A stretch of 63,991 nucleotides of DNA, filler included, from Octopus bimaculoides (GCF_001194135.2; 7 parts of 7 records of this genome joined end to end with filler, not necessarily neighbours in it); one strand, 5' to 3'; shown: positions 27,452-41,369, numbered from the whole stretch's first letter. Numbers and translations: made by a program. Notes: generated by a model not told the origin, from the sequence alone.

Positions 27452-28689
27452 TGCAGTTTCTATTACATTTGTAAATTCCACTACCCAGAATTCTGAGATT
27501 GATATGGCTGATGATCACACGATAACTCAGTGTGCATGTCGACATGCCAATAGGTGGTGAAAAATGATACCAACGAGGGAAACATGTGCGTAGGAGGCAC
27601 GGTTTACAGTCGTAATGTTGACATTAAATTCAACTCAGTTAAAAACACGCAGTGGTCAGGAGATATTAAACTCGGTAGAACGTTAAGTCTATCAGTATTA
27701 GTTATTCCCTAACTTTATTAGTTTAGCTTATCACACCTTGGAATCTCCTTTACCACAGAATATCAATACACTCATACTGAATCAGAAGCTGAGCTTCAAT
27801 AAACAACGGCAATTACCGAAAGTTGGATGGGGGAATTGTTGCACAGCAAATTCATTAAAACTACAGACAACTAACAAGAGTTTCACTTGTTCATATCCTG
27901 ACGTTAATGTTTTATTTAAAGTAATTATAGCTGTTAGCCATGGTGTCTATTAAAATAAAAGTGTGTAATATGACTGCAATTCAAGTAACAAGTGAATGAT
28001 TGATTTAGGTACATTTTCAAAGAATTGAGATTTAAACAAGACAGAATTTCAGAAGGTATAAAAATCTGATTACAATGTCGTTCAAATACGTAATCTATTT
28101 AGAGTATAATATTCATAATACGTGAATGCATGCATAAATATGAAGGCGTATAAACGTATACGTTATATGAAGTCATTTCGTTCTATAGATGATGTAGAGA
28201 AGTATGTGGTATTTCGGGTCAATTCGCCAACTATTGGTGTTTAGGGTCCTAGTGTGAGCGACTGATTTCGTATGTTGTGGTTGCAGAATAATGATTCAGA
28301 AGGCGAGTTTCAAAACAACTCAGTTATAAATATACTTTATTTTACCTTCAAACACTCCAGAAATTAACTGAAATTTAAACTTTACCTGTAATAATATGGA
28401 CAGAAAAAGAAAAATCTTTGGAGAACACACGGCCCCAGTAATTCGTTTTAATTATTTATATTGTAATATATATATTTTGGGTGTGTTTGTTAGATGCTTG
28501 GTGGAGCGCGCGTGTGTGCGTGCGCTCGCGTGCGTAAAAGTGCATGTGCTGCCGAGAAAGTAAGCTTGTAATGCACTTTTGACAAGGAAAAAACATATAC
28601 GTTTATTCTTTAGCGATGTAGCAGAGCTGGATGCTGCTAACTACTCTTCGACAGGTGTTGCTTATTACGTTGTATTGTCGACAAGAATG

Positions 28690-28985
28690 TTTAACCAAGC
28701 ACGATAGCTGGTGGGGGAGGAGGCATCCTGATGGCGAGGCCGACGGTTGACGGGAGTGAAGGTAGCCTGATGGTGAGGGCGTTGGTTGACGGGGGTGGCG
28801 GCGTCCTGATGACGAGCATGATCGATGGTTAAGAGAGTGGAACCATCCTGATAATGAGAGCACGGTAACTGACGGTGTGATAGCAGCCTGAATGAGGAAC
28901 CTGATGGTTGATGGGGGTGGGGGGTGGCAGCCTAATGACAAGCACGATAGTTGACGGAGTGGCGGCAAAATGATGACAAGTACGA
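28690..28985. repeat. Degenerate GC-rich minisatellite (~35-45-bp unit)
   Basis: Recurrent gatggttgacggg...gcagcctgatgac units. Confidence 0.6.
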
Positions 28986-29044
28986 TTCATGTGAGGGGTA
29001 GCACAAGGGTTATATTAAGAAAATAACATTGTCGAAGAAGCTAC

Positions 29045-29110
29045 GCCGTGGGATCGAACCCGGAACGTTATAGTTGCGAAACAAACCTCTAAGTCATTTC
29101 ACCATGCATC
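29045..29110 (-). mobile_element. tRNA-derived SINE head or tRNA pseudogene
   Basis: Reverse complement reads gcatggtgaaatgacttag...gggttcgatccc (A/B boxes); no full cloverleaf. Confidence 0.45.
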
Positions 29111-29364
29111 ACCGACTAAAACCATCGCCATTGCTGGCAAGTGATTATGACTTGGTAGCATGCCCCATGCTTTGCTGACATCATTAAATCACACACACTA
29201 ACACTGTAGGTCAATCAGACATTATAACACACACGTAACTAATAGCGCACATACATATAATTACGAGGAACGATGTGTTCTCCTGAGTAATTCTTTTGTT
29301 CAAATTTTTCCTGAAAATTTTAACTGTCTCAACTAACTTCTGTAGTGCTTACATAAGATAAATA

Positions 29365-30133
29365 TACGAGATGCGTTCAAAAAGTATTCGACTTTATTTT
29401 TTCCCAACAAAATTAATGCCGCGTAGAAAAATCTTTTGGGTGAGAGCTGACGTCGACCTTCCTACGCATGCGCGTAAATTCTCGTAAGGTCCCGGCTGTT
29501 ATGCCTCAAGTACAGACATGTAGTGCGCGCTCGTCGTATTTTCACTTTCACGCAAGCTGACTGAATGCATTGAACAGAGACCATCATCACCAATGATGAT
29601 GGTCTTCTTGAAGTCTGGTCGTGGTTTGCACAGTCTGTTCTGAGTGATTTCTATGCGGAATAGCTTCTGCTACTCCACCAGCATCTTGAGAGATTTACTT
29701 CACTAATACTTTCCGCATGCACAAATCCACCGTTGAAAATGGAATTCACTGATCCTGTGCTTATTCGTGAGCAATTTCCTGGATTGTTACAGAACGGTCT
29801 TCCATGTTTCTGCTTGTGGATGGCCTGCCTTTAGCGTACCTCTCTCACCACTGAAGTGGGGCCATGTTTGAAGCAGTTTTACCACTCTTTGATCTGCGTT
29901 TTGGCCACAGCATCATCGCAAAGGCCTGCTGAATCTTCTGGATGGCTTGAGTATCAAATTACGAAAAGAGCTCACTACACATCTATACTCATGGCGTAAC
30001 AGCCAGAATCTGACTCGGCCTACCAGCGCGAAAATTTTCACGCATGCTCAGGAAGAGTAACATCACTTCCCACTCATGGGGCATTGGTTTACGGGGAAGA
30101 TTAAAGTCGGATATTTTTTTAACGCATCTTGTA
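29365..30133 (-). mobile_element. Mariner deletion derivative with TIRs, TA at both ends
   Basis: tacgagatgcgttcaaaaagtattcgacttt / aaagtcggatattttttaacgcatcttgta; KTQIKEW..FKHG, GRPSTSR, TIIIGDD remnants. Confidence 0.85.
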
Positions 30134-30519
30134 CAATTTTCATATTCCCGATAAGAATCTAATATTCTATTATAAATCTAATATCCTATTATAAAAACTT
30201 CTCTTTTCTCAGATCGCTATTTTAGTATTTTATTATCACCATCGTACCGTTTACACTGGTGACACCAAATTGACATGAATCTTCAAGTTGCTAAATAGAA
30301 CAGAACTCTCTTGAATAGAATTGTCCATATTGGTGACCGTTTGACAAACGAAATATTCGTTTAGAGAACTTTTCTTAGGCGCTATACTGCGACATACAAC
30401 CCAAAATGACCTAAAACCATTCTCTGCCGCACATGGATCACCGGAAGATTCGATAATAGTCATCCATTAAAAAAACAAAAATCTCTTGACAATGTTTTTA
30501 CCCTTTTTTTAAAAGCAAC

Positions 30520-30555
<36 letters not shown>

Positions 30556-30909
30556 GGGGAGCATCATAGTGTTGAGAGGAATTCTTTGGGTCTTTGGGGG
30601 TTTGAATAATTCACATTTGGAAACATGGGTGTTTCGTTCAACATCCTTAAACAACCCTTATTCTGGGACCTTTTGAGTGGGATGCGCTATTCTACTTGAA
30701 GAAAGTTCTAATTGGGTCCCAGCAGCAAGATTATGCGCTGTTTATCTTGATATGAGATCACCATGTCGCGCACATATGGTTGTGATGCATGTGCCTGGTG
30801 TACCCTTATCAGATGGGTAGTCATGATGGGTATACTGAACCTCGTATATTTTATCCCAGTGTCACTTTGATGGCATGCTGTGCTCTCTCACTCAATAATA
30901 GTAATAATG

Positions 30910-30970
<61 letters not shown>

Positions 30971-31092
30971 GGATACAACATACACAAATGAANNNNNNNN
31001 NNNNNNNNNNNNNNNNNNNNNNNNNNNNNNNNNNNNTTAATTAATTAANNNNNNNNNNNNNNNNNNNNNNNNNNNNNNNNNNNNNNNNNNNN

Positions 31093-31145
<53 letters not shown>

Positions 31146-31678
31146 TATATAAAACATGTATATGTGTGTCTGAAAGAGTGTATATAAGCATCATGCATTT
31201 ACACGCGTAAATAATATCACGCGCATACACAGATATATATAAGTTTGGCTTCCTTCCACGTATCAAACATGGCTGACGACTTGATTCTGTATCTGTACAT
31301 GGCTGTATATGCGGATGCAGATATGAATATACATGTCTCTACACTCACGTACGTACATACATGCGTCCATCCATCCGTCCATCCATACATGCATGCGTCC
31401 ATACGTACATACATAGATTCCCCCGTATTATATATCTACACGTAAAAACGCACAAACATGCACATAGACACACATCCTCCTCTCTAACTCTCTCTTTCTG
31501 TGTGTGTGTAGGTGTGTGTGTGTATGTATATATATATATATATATATACGCACAAGTATATATATATGTATATATATACATATGGACATACACACACATA
31601 CATGTAGGGTATATATATATATATATACATACATATATGCATGCATACACAGACAGACATGTACATGAATACAAATAG

Positions 31679-31717
<39 letters not shown>

Positions 31718-32283
31718 GTCTGGGTGTGTGCATGTGTACACATGTATGCATGTACATACATGCATACATACAACGTACGGAGAAATTAGTACGCATAATA
31801 TACATATACATATATATATAATACCCAGGAACACATATATAACATGAAGAGGCAAAGAATGAATTTGAAAGTGACCCTAAATTAAAGCTGTAACTGACGT
31901 GTCTTCCATTGAAACACACGGCCAATTGCTAAGTATGTATTATTATCAGCCAGTTAAATCGTTTAAGTCGCGTGTCATTTTCAGTGTTCGTTGGAGTGGC
32001 ATTTCAAAGAAGGAGTGTGAATATGTATGCAGATTTAAGTAAAACCCCAATTCAATCAAATAAGTGGATTTTTTTTTAAAGTAGGCTGCTGAGTGGATAT
32101 TATAGAATAGAATACAACACGAAGATATTTAACCTTCATGCGTTTTACACCATTTATTTTATTTATTATTATTATTTTGAATAATTATATAAAATATCTC
32201 GTTATAGGACGTGAGTGTGGTGAAGTTGACCGTGGTTTCTTTCACAATTTCTGTTCTTAATATTAAAGAGAGTAGCTCGAGAT

Positions 32284-32445
32284 TAGGCATAGCTGTGTGG
32301 TAAGCAGTTTGCTTCCCGACCACACGGTTTCGGGTTCAGTCCTACTGCGTGGTACCTTTGGTAAGTGTTTTCTACTATAGCCTCAAACCGATCAAAGCCT
32401 TCTGAGTGGTTTTGGTAGACGGAAAATGAAAGAAGCCCGTCGTAT
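32284..32445 (+). mobile_element. SINE family B 5' half
   Basis: Same consensus. Confidence 0.8.
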
Positions 32446-32447
32446 AT

Positions 32448-32486
<39 letters not shown>

Positions 32487-32559
32487 NNNNNNNNNNTATG
32501 GTACTTATGTGTAGGCACCCGAATATTGCATCCCAAAAGGATAGGTGATTAAAATCAAA

Positions 32560-33046
32560 AAATAAGCAACACGGATTTCAAAGGTGATTGCAGTATGCAC
32601 GTTTCATGCTACTTCAATTTATTTAAGTAATGCGAGCATTACCTTAAATGCAATATGAAGAGCAATCTTCAGCTGCACGAAAATGCAGAAAAATTACTGT
32701 AGAAAAGACATATTATAAATGTGGCAACATTTCAAATCCAAGTGGGAGAGAGAATACATAAAAATCAAAATGTGAGGAAGAATACATAAATCCATCTTGA
32801 CATAGCCAAGTCTATCAGGCCTGATAGCCTACTAGCCTGATAGACTTTTATGTATTCTCTCTCCCACTTGGATTTGAAATGTTGCCACATTTATAATGTC
32901 TTTTCTACAGTAATTTTTCTGCATTTTCGTGCAGCTGAAGATTGCTCTTCATATTGCATTTAAGGTAATGCTCGCATTACTTAAATAAATTGAAGTAGCA
33001 TGAAACGTGCATACTGCAATCACCTTTGAAATCCGTGTTGCTTATT

Positions 33047-33047
<1 letters not shown>
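32560..33047. repeat. Near-perfect foldback, 204/202-bp arms, with an HHR-like motif in each arm
   Basis: 32560-32763 versus 32846-33047; only a 2-nt indel seen; tgcag CTGAAGA long-stem GAAAC gtgc ata ctgca at 32930-33018. Confidence 0.9.
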
Positions 33048-33077
<30 letters not shown>

Positions 33078-33079
<2 letters not shown>

Positions 33080-33230
33080 CGTCGTGGGATCGCAGTTTCG
33101 ATTCTCTGACCGGGAGTTGCGAGTGTATATTGAGCGAAAACACCTGAAGCTCCACGAGGCATCAGCAGGGGGTGGTTGCGAACCCCGCTGTTCTCTTTCA
33201 CCACAACTTTCTCTCACTCTTTCTTCCTAT
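33078..33230 (+). mobile_element. Truncated SINE (distinct family)
   Basis: B-box-like gtttcgattc followed by gagcgaaaacacctgaagctccacgagg; recalled as a cephalopod repeat. Confidence 0.5.
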
Positions 33231-33954
33231 TTCCGCTTGGAAGAGACTATTTGAACACATACATCCCGCAATGCTTATTCTATCCATCTCTTTTGCTCTT
33301 TTTTTAACGAGACGCAAACAAACAAACACCGGTTTTCCATGGAAGGCCGAGAACTGCAAAGGTGGGGAACCCTTTGCTGTTGTTGATTAACTCTCGGTTA
33401 ATCTTGATCAAGCAATCGTTTCTACGATTTTCCTTTGTCAACGATAATATAGCTGTTACTTAGATTACGTAATGTCACCTATTTTCTTTTCTTTCTTCAT
33501 TGACNNNNNNNNNNNNNNNNNNNNNNNNNNNNNNNNNNNNNNNNNNNNNNNNNNNNNNNNNNNNNNNNNNNNNNNNNNNNNNNNNNNNNNNNNNNNNNNN
33601 NNNNNNNNNNNNNNNNNNNNNNNNNNNNNNNNNNNNNNNNNNNNNNNNNNNNNNNNNNNNNNNNNNNNNNNNNNNNNNNNNNNNNNNNNNNNNNNNNNNN
33701 NNNNNNNNNNNNNNNNNNNNNNNNNNNNNNNNNNNNNNNNNNNNNNNNNNNNNNNNNNNNNNNNNNNNNNNNNNNNNNNNNNNNNNNNNNNNNNNNNNNN
33801 NNNNNNNNNNNNNNNNNNNNNNNNNNNNNNNNNNNNNNNNNNNNNNNNNNNNNNNNNNNNNNNNNNNNNNNNNNNNNNNNNNNNNNNNNNNNNNNNNNNN
33901 NNNNNNNNNNNNNNNNNNNNNNNNNNNNNNNNNNNNNNNNNNNNNNNNNNNNNN

Positions 33955-34710
33955 GGATGGTGGTGGTGACGGCGGAGACGAAGGCGGTAACGGTGGTGGT
34001 GGTTGTTGCAGTGGTTATCGTGATGTTGGCGGTGGTGGATTTCCATGAGGGTGAGGGTCGCACTAGTGGGTGGTAGTGGGGGTTTGTGTTGGGTTTGCAG
34101 TGGTGATGATAGTGGTGGTGGTGGTGATAGTGGTGGTGGTGGTAGTGGTGATAGTAGTGTCGGTGGTAGTAGTGATGAGGATGATAGTGGTGATTGTGGT
34201 GGTTGTGGTAGTGGTGGTGTTGATGGTTGTAGTGGTGATAATGATGTTGGTAGTGGTGGGGGTTATAGTGGAGTGATGATAGTGGTAGTGGTGGTGGTGA
34301 TGGTTGTAGTGGTGCTGAGGGTGGTAGTGGTGGTGATGGTGATAGTGGTGGTGGTGATGATAGTGACGATGATAGTATTGGTGATGGTTTTATTGGTGGT
34401 AATAGTAGTAGTAGTAGTGGTGGTGGTCATGGTTGTTGATATGAGGTTGTGTTGGTCGTAGTGGTAGTAATGGTAGTAGCTGTGATGGTGGATTTTTTTG
34501 TGGAAGGTGGGTTTCGTAGTAGAGGTGGTAGTAGTGATGCTTATTTCGGGGTCGAAGTTTTGCTAATAAGAGTGGTATTGGTGGCTGCTGTTGTGGTAGT
34601 AGTTGTAAAGAGGGTGGTGGTTATAGCAGAGATGATACTAGAACGTGTAGTGGTGGGGGTGATAGTAGGTGTGATTAAAGTAGCGGTGGTGGTTGTAGAA
34701 GTGGTGGTGG
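33955..34710. repeat. Cryptic (GGT/GAT/GTA)n triplet tract
   Basis: Direct reading; source of the poly-V/G ORFs. Confidence 0.9.
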
Positions 34711-34963
34711 TGTGTGAAACGATTCAACTTATCACTTTCAATTAAAGAACGAAATTTAATCGATTCCCTTCTCACCCTCAAAACCTTACCGCATTCGACC
34801 CTCCCTTTATTCTCCTCCTCTTTCTCCTCCCCCCTTCAACATTCGACCTTCCTTCCTTCCTTACTTCCTTCCATTTTTCCTTCCATTCTTCCTCTACAAA
34901 GTGACTGTTTTTAACCATTTAGACTTGCTTTCTTGGTCGAAGGTGTCTTTATTGATGTAGTTC

Positions 34964-34964
<1 letters not shown>

Positions 34965-35000
<36 letters not shown>

Positions 35001-35372
35001 AATTGCTATTGTTGTCATTGTTCTTGTTGCTGCTGCTGCTGCTGTTGCCGCTGCTGCTGCTGATAATGATGACGACGCCGGCGATGATTATAACGATTAA
35101 GATAACGATTCTTCTCTCTCTTCATTTTCTCTGCTTTCAAAATTGTTGGCCTTGTGCCTAACTGGGAAACAATCATCATCATCATCGTCGTCGTCGTCAT
35201 CATCATCATTATCGTCATCGTCGTCGTCATCATCATCATTATCGTCATCGTCGTCGTCATCGTCATCATTATCGTCATCATCGTCGTCGTCGTCATCGTC
35301 GTCGTCATCATCATCATTATCATCATCGTCATCGTCATCATCATCATCATCGTCATCATCATCGTCATCAGT
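34965..35372. repeat. (GTT)n/(GCT)n and (CAT/CGT)n triplet tracts
   Basis: Direct reading. Confidence 0.9.
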
Positions 35373-35773
35373 ATGCACCTGTAGATTGGAGGACAAGAGA
35401 GAGAGAGAGAGAGAGAGATCGAGATCGCTCGTACCTTTGGTAGTCAACGTATCTTTGGATCTGTGGGGGTTTCTTGATTGGCCCTCGTCGGAGTTTCTTC
35501 TTTATGAGGAGGACAACATCTTTCCTCTTATTGCATACTTTGTCTACTATTCTTTTATTTGTTTCAGTCATTTGACTGCGGCCATGCTGGAGCACCGCCT
35601 ATACAATGTATAATTTTATCGCATTTCCCTGTCTGTTCCATTTCTTTGCCGGCATCTTTTATGTAATTCGCCACACTAATTACTGTCTGTCCATCTAATG
35701 TCCCCCTCATCTATGCCCCTCTCATCTATGCCCCTGTGGCAAATAAAAGAAATGATTATCCTCATCATCATCA

Positions 35774-35807
<34 letters not shown>

Positions 35808-36793
35808 GAGTGAGAGGACAGTGCATGCCATCAAAGTGACACTTGGGTACAAATATACGAAGCCTAGTTTACACGTCATGACTACCTGTCTGATAAGGGT
35901 ACACCAGGCACATGCACCACAGCCATTTGTGCATGATATGGTGATCTCATATCAAGATAAACAGCGCATGAGCTTGTAGGTGGGGCCCAGTTAGAATTTT
36001 CTTCATGTTGAGTAGCCCATCCCACTCAAAAAAGGTCTCTGAATANNNNNNNNNNNNNNNNNNNNNNNNNNNNNNNNNNNNNNNNNNNNNNNNNNNNNNN
36101 NNNNNNNNNNNNNNNNNNNNNNNNNNNNNNNNNNNNNNNNNNNNNNNNNNNNNNNNNNNNNNNNNNNNNNNNNNNNNNNNNNNNNNNNNNNNNNNNNNNN
36201 NNNNNNNNNNNNNNNNNNNNNNNNNNNNNNNNNNNNNNNNNNNNNNNNNNNNNNNNNNNNNNNNNNNNNNNNNNNNNNNNNNNNNNNNNNNNNNNNNNNN
36301 NNNNNNNNNNNNNNNNNNNNNNNNNNNNNNNNNNNNNNNNNNNNNNNNNNNNNNNNNNNNNNNNNNNNNNNNNNNNNNNNNNNNNNNNNNNNNNNNNNNN
36401 NNNNNNNNNNNNNNNNNNNNNNNNNNNNNNNNNNNNNNNNNNNNNNNNNNNNNNNNNNNNNNNNNNNNNNNNNNNNNNNNNNNNNNNNNNNNNNNNNNNN
36501 NNNNNNNNNNNNNNNNNNNNNNNNNNNNNNNNNNNNNNNNNNNNNNNNNNNNNNNNNNNNNNNNNNNNNNNNNNNNNNNNNNNNNNNNNNNNNNNNNNNN
36601 NNNNNNNNNNNNNNNNNNNNNNNNNNNNNNNNNNNNNNNNNNNNNNNNNNNNNNNNNNNNNNNNNNNNNNNNNNNNNNNNNNNNNNNNNNNNNNNNNNNN
36701 NNNNNNNNNNNNNNNNNNNNNNNNNNNNNNNNNNNNNNNNNNNNNNNNNNNNNNNNNNNNNNNNNNNNNNNNNNNNNNNNNNNNNNNNNNNNN

Positions 36794-36836
<43 letters not shown>

Positions 36837-37604
36837 ATATATGAGTATTTATCACCTAAGTATATATAACCATATATAAGTATATATATATATATGACTG
36901 TGTGCAACTTCGTATACCACTTAATATTTCACTACATTTTCCTATATAATGGTATTTTCAAAATTAGATTGTGAATGCTGCTTAGCAGTAAATTGATAGT
37001 CCGGTCGTTGATTATGTCGAACCAATAGAGTTGATGCCGTGGTGGTCTTTCTTCTAATGGTCTGCGTTTAAGATGAGCCAAGTTACTGTAATTATGTTGA
37101 TGAATGGAAAATAACGTGTCAATCAATGATTGTAAAGGGTTAAAAGTGATAATGAAATATGACCTGTCTTTGCTCTACAGGCAACGAAACACCATTTTCA
37201 CCTCCTCCTCCTTCTTCTTCTTCTTCTTCTTTCCAACACTACCACCGCTTTTCATCGCTGCCGCCGCCATCGTCGCCATTGCTAACCACTGCCAGCAGCA
37301 TCTTTCCCACCACCACCACCACCATCACCACCACCGCTTCGCTTCTTTCACTGCTACTGCTACCGCTAATAATACAATCAGTATCATAAGAACATCAACA
37401 CCAATTGTAACAACAACACAATCAATCACAATCAATACATCTAACAAGCTTAACACTAAGACCTTTCGTTGAGAGCCTCGACGTAGTCGGTTGATTTGCT
37501 AGAAATAGTGGTCAATTCTCACTCAAATCACGTTCTGCCGTCTTAAAAGAGAACACTTATATATTGGAAAATGTAGTCACTGGTTAATTAATAATCCTTT
37601 GTAT

Positions 37605-38215
37605 AATAGGCACACGGCCTGAAATTTTGAGGGGAGCGGATAAATCGATTACATCGACCTCATTATTCCGCTGGTACTTATTTTATCGACCTCGAAAGGA
37701 TGAAAGGCAAAGTCGACCTCAGCGGAATTTGAACTCAGAACGTGAAGACAGACAAAATGCCGTTTAATATTTCGCCCAGTGTCGCTAATGATTCTGCCAG
37801 CTCACCGCCTTTACTGGTATAATTAATAATAATAGCAGTTTCGGATTTTAGCACAAGGCCAGCAATTTCAGGGGAGGAAGTAAGTTGATTACATCGACCC
37901 CCCCCCCAATACTCAACTGGTATTTATTTTATCGATCCTGACAGAATGAAATGCAAACGTAAAGACGGGCGAAATGCCGTTAAGCATTTCGTCCAGCGTG
38001 TTAGCGGTTCTACCACTCCTGTACTACTACTACTACTACTACTACAATAATAATATGCTCCTAGATAAAGGCAGCGAGCTGGCAGAAATGTTAGCGCACC
38101 GGGCGAAATGCTTAGCGGCATTTCGTCTGCTGTTACGTTCTGAGTTCAAATTCCGCCGAGGTCGACTTTGCCTTTCATCCTTTCGGGGGTCGATAAATTA
38201 AGTATCAGCTGCGTA
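37605..38215. mobile_element. SINE A trio: 37605-37810 (-), 37850-38010 (-), 38070-38215 (+)
   Basis: Same consensus; the last two are head-to-head. Confidence 0.85.
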
Positions 38216-38224
38216 CTGAAGTTG

Positions 38225-38380
38225 CAGGGTTATTCATTCTGCCAGCTGAGTCGACTGGAGCAACGTGAAATGAAGTGTTTTGCTCAAGAACAAAACACAT
38301 CGCCCGATCTAGGAATCGAAATCACAATCTTACGATCATAAGTCCAGCACCCTAACCACAAAGCCAACCGCCTCCACGAT
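38225..38380 (-). mobile_element. tRNA-headed SINE, distinct family
   Basis: Reverse complement reads gtggttagggtgctggac...ttcgattcc...ttgagcaaaacacttcatttcacgttgctccagtc. Confidence 0.65.
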
Positions 38381-39812
38381 AGATTGATATAGGTTTGGCA
38401 GAACGAATGGGAGAAATAAGATTTAATATACGAGTATATACTCATTCTAAATGTAAATGAGGAAAAAAATATAAATATAACTTAAGGGCCGGTAGATTCG
38501 TTTAAGGCAATTATCACGGATGANNNNNNNNNNNNNNNNNNNNNNNNNNNNNNNNNNNNNNNNNNNNNNNNNNNNNNNNNNNNNNNNNNNNNNNNNNNNN
38601 NNNNNNNNNNNNNNNNNNNNNNNNNNNNNNNNNNNNNNNNNNNNNNNNNNNNNNNNNNNNNNNNNNNNNNNNNNNNNNNNNNNNNNNNNNNNNNNNNNNN
38701 NNNNNNNNNNNNNNNNNNNNNNNNNNNNNNNNNNNNNNNNNNNNNNNNNNNNNNNNNNNNNNNNNNNNNNNNNNNNNNNNNNNNNNNNNNNNNNNNNNNN
38801 NNNNNNNNNNNNNNNNNNNNNNNNNNNNNNNNNNNNNNNNNNNNNNNNNNNNNNNNNNNNNNNNNNNNNNNNNNNNNNNNNNNNNNNNNNNNNNNNNNNN
38901 NNNNNNNNNNNNNNNNNNNNNNNNNNNNNNNNNNNNNNNNNNNNNNNNNNNCACGTACGGGGAGAGAGTGGGAAAGATGGGTGTGGGGAAGAGAGAACGA
39001 CAGAAAAATGGTAAAAGTATCAAAAGTGAACAGCGTATAAAGGCTTCGGTTTATTGGATAGCACTAACAGATTGGAACAAAAGTTACAGAATTCGGTACA
39101 CAAACAAGCGGGCTAAAGAGACGAAACCAAACTGATTCTGTATAACCTTCCAATATGATTTCCTCCAAACCAATTATTCCATCTTGCGTTTCTCACGGAA
39201 TGGTAAAAAAAAAAAAAAAAACCCACGAAGAAAACAAAATAAAAAACAAAAAAAAAACAACCAACAAACAAAAGAAATTGCTAATTAGAAAATTCCATAT
39301 CGAAGAAATGGGTGAGGTGAATTGATTGGTAAACAATGCTTTTGAGCCACAATATTTTAAACTAATCAAATACACCACCAAGCGGTAGATAGATGGTGGT
39401 GGTGGTGGTGTGAGAGGGTGATAATGGTGGTGGGTTGAAAGTGGTGGTGGTCATGGTGGTATAAAAAGAAGTGGATGATCAGCGTTGTTTCAGGAAGAAG
39501 CTATTACCTCCAAGAAATTTCCGCTATGGGGTAACCACCATAGCTGGAATATTTGGTGTGTCTGTATGTTTATGTATATAATTGCGTATGGGTGCTGATT
39601 GCTATCTAAGTGCGTAAGTTATGTATGTATGCATGCGTGTGCGTATGTATGCATGTATATAAGTACGTTGACATATCTGCCTACATAATTTATATACATG
39701 TTCATACGTCTCTGTCTATCTGTCTGTCTGTCTGTCTCTCTCTATATATATAGGGAGAGAGAGATGTATGTACTTATGTATATGTATATAAATGTATGTA
39801 TATATACCTAAG

Positions 39813-39846
<34 letters not shown>

Positions 39847-39871
39847 TAATACTAGTAATAATAATAATATT

Positions 39872-40310
39872 AGGGATAAAAATCCAAATTTACAGGTAAA
39901 AACTCAATTAAATTAAATTTATTAAAACTTAAAATTAAATTAAGTTTCACAGTATAAAATATATATATATAGTTTTAGGGAAAAGAACCAATGTACATGA
40001 ACTCATCGATGAAAATCCAGTCACATATAGAAAAATTAATAAGTAAAAACACAATAAATAAGTATAATATAATACAAAGTAAATATGAGATAATGATAAT
40101 AAAACGACTAAACGTGTTTCATAACCAATTTTCAAATAGAAAGAATATTTAAATCGATTAAAACTATCGAAAATCAATTCTATTCAAAAATATAGCTAAT
40201 CTTCAGGTCAAAATAATAATAAAAGAATGTATATATCAACCAATAACAAATGAACGTATATAAAATACTTATTATATTAAGATAGAAAAATATTATTAAA
40301 AATATCAAAA
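39872..40310 (-). mobile_element. AT-rich PLE pLTR-like repeat with HHR-like motif (40105-40209)
   Basis: gac CTGAAGA long stem GAAAC acgttta gtc. Confidence 0.5.
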
Positions 40311-40699
40311 TTATAAACACTCCATAATCAACCCTATGTCGAGAGAGGGAAAGAGAGAGAGAGACAGAAAGGGAGAGACAGGGAAAGAGAGAGAGAAATT
40401 GATAGACAGACTAACAGCCAACCAGATAGATAGAGAGAAAGAGAGAGTGAGAGGCAGTGGAGAGAGAGGCTGAAAGAGACATAGAGAAAGAAAGAGAGAC
40501 AAATAAACACTCAGAGTTAGGGAGGGAAAGAGAGGGAGAGAGAGGGAGAGCAAAGAAGAGAGAGGAGGACAGAGGTGTGGTTGTGGTGATGTTAGCCGAT
40601 ATGTAAATGTGACAAGGAGTAATTATTAAGTAATAATCACAGGCTTTATTGGCTCCCAATTAACTTCATTTCTAACGTGTCGTCTGCTTTTTGTCTATC

Positions 40700-41270
40700 T
40701 CTTTGCCCACTGCATACATGTACGAGCGTAGATAGGTACGTACACATGTATGTCTGTCTGTCTGTATATGTGCGTGTGTATGTATGTATGTGTGTATGTA
40801 TATATGTATGCATGCATGTCTGAATGTACTTAGTATGTATGCATATATGTATGCATGCATATATTTATGTACGAATGTATTTACGTATGTGTGTGTGTTT
40901 ACGTAGTACGTACATATGTATGTATGTATGTGTGTGTGTTGGTAGTAGTACATATGTATGTATGTGTGTGTGTTGGTAGTACGTACATATGTATGTATGT
41001 ATGTGTGTGTGTTGGTAGTACGTACATATGTATTTATGTGCGTGAGTATGTAAGTATGTATATGTGTGTGTGTATGTATGTATATATGTATGCATGCATG
41101 TGTGTATGTATGTATATATGTATGCATGCATGCATGAATGTACTTACGTATTTATGCATGTATGTATCTATGTACGAATGCATTTACGTTTGTACGTGCG
41201 TATGTATGTGTGTACGTAGTACGTACATATCTATGTATGTGTGTATACATGTGTGTAAGTATGTATGTCG
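40700..41270. repeat. (TATG/TG)n compound microsatellite
   Basis: Direct reading. Confidence 0.9.
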
Positions 41271-41324
41271 TTATTTCTATCCACTTGCTCATCTGCCAAG
41301 AAAGTTGTGTAAATAAAACAGGAA

Positions 41325-41369
<45 letters not shown>

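Noticed and set aside
35430-35500. Possible 65-nt minus-strand exon
   Set aside because: Short, weak acceptor, two open frames and no homology recognised.
34045-35613. Poly-V/G/D/S ORFs resembling acidic or glycine-rich proteins
   Set aside because: Cryptic triplet tracts, open in several frames, with no convincing splice context.
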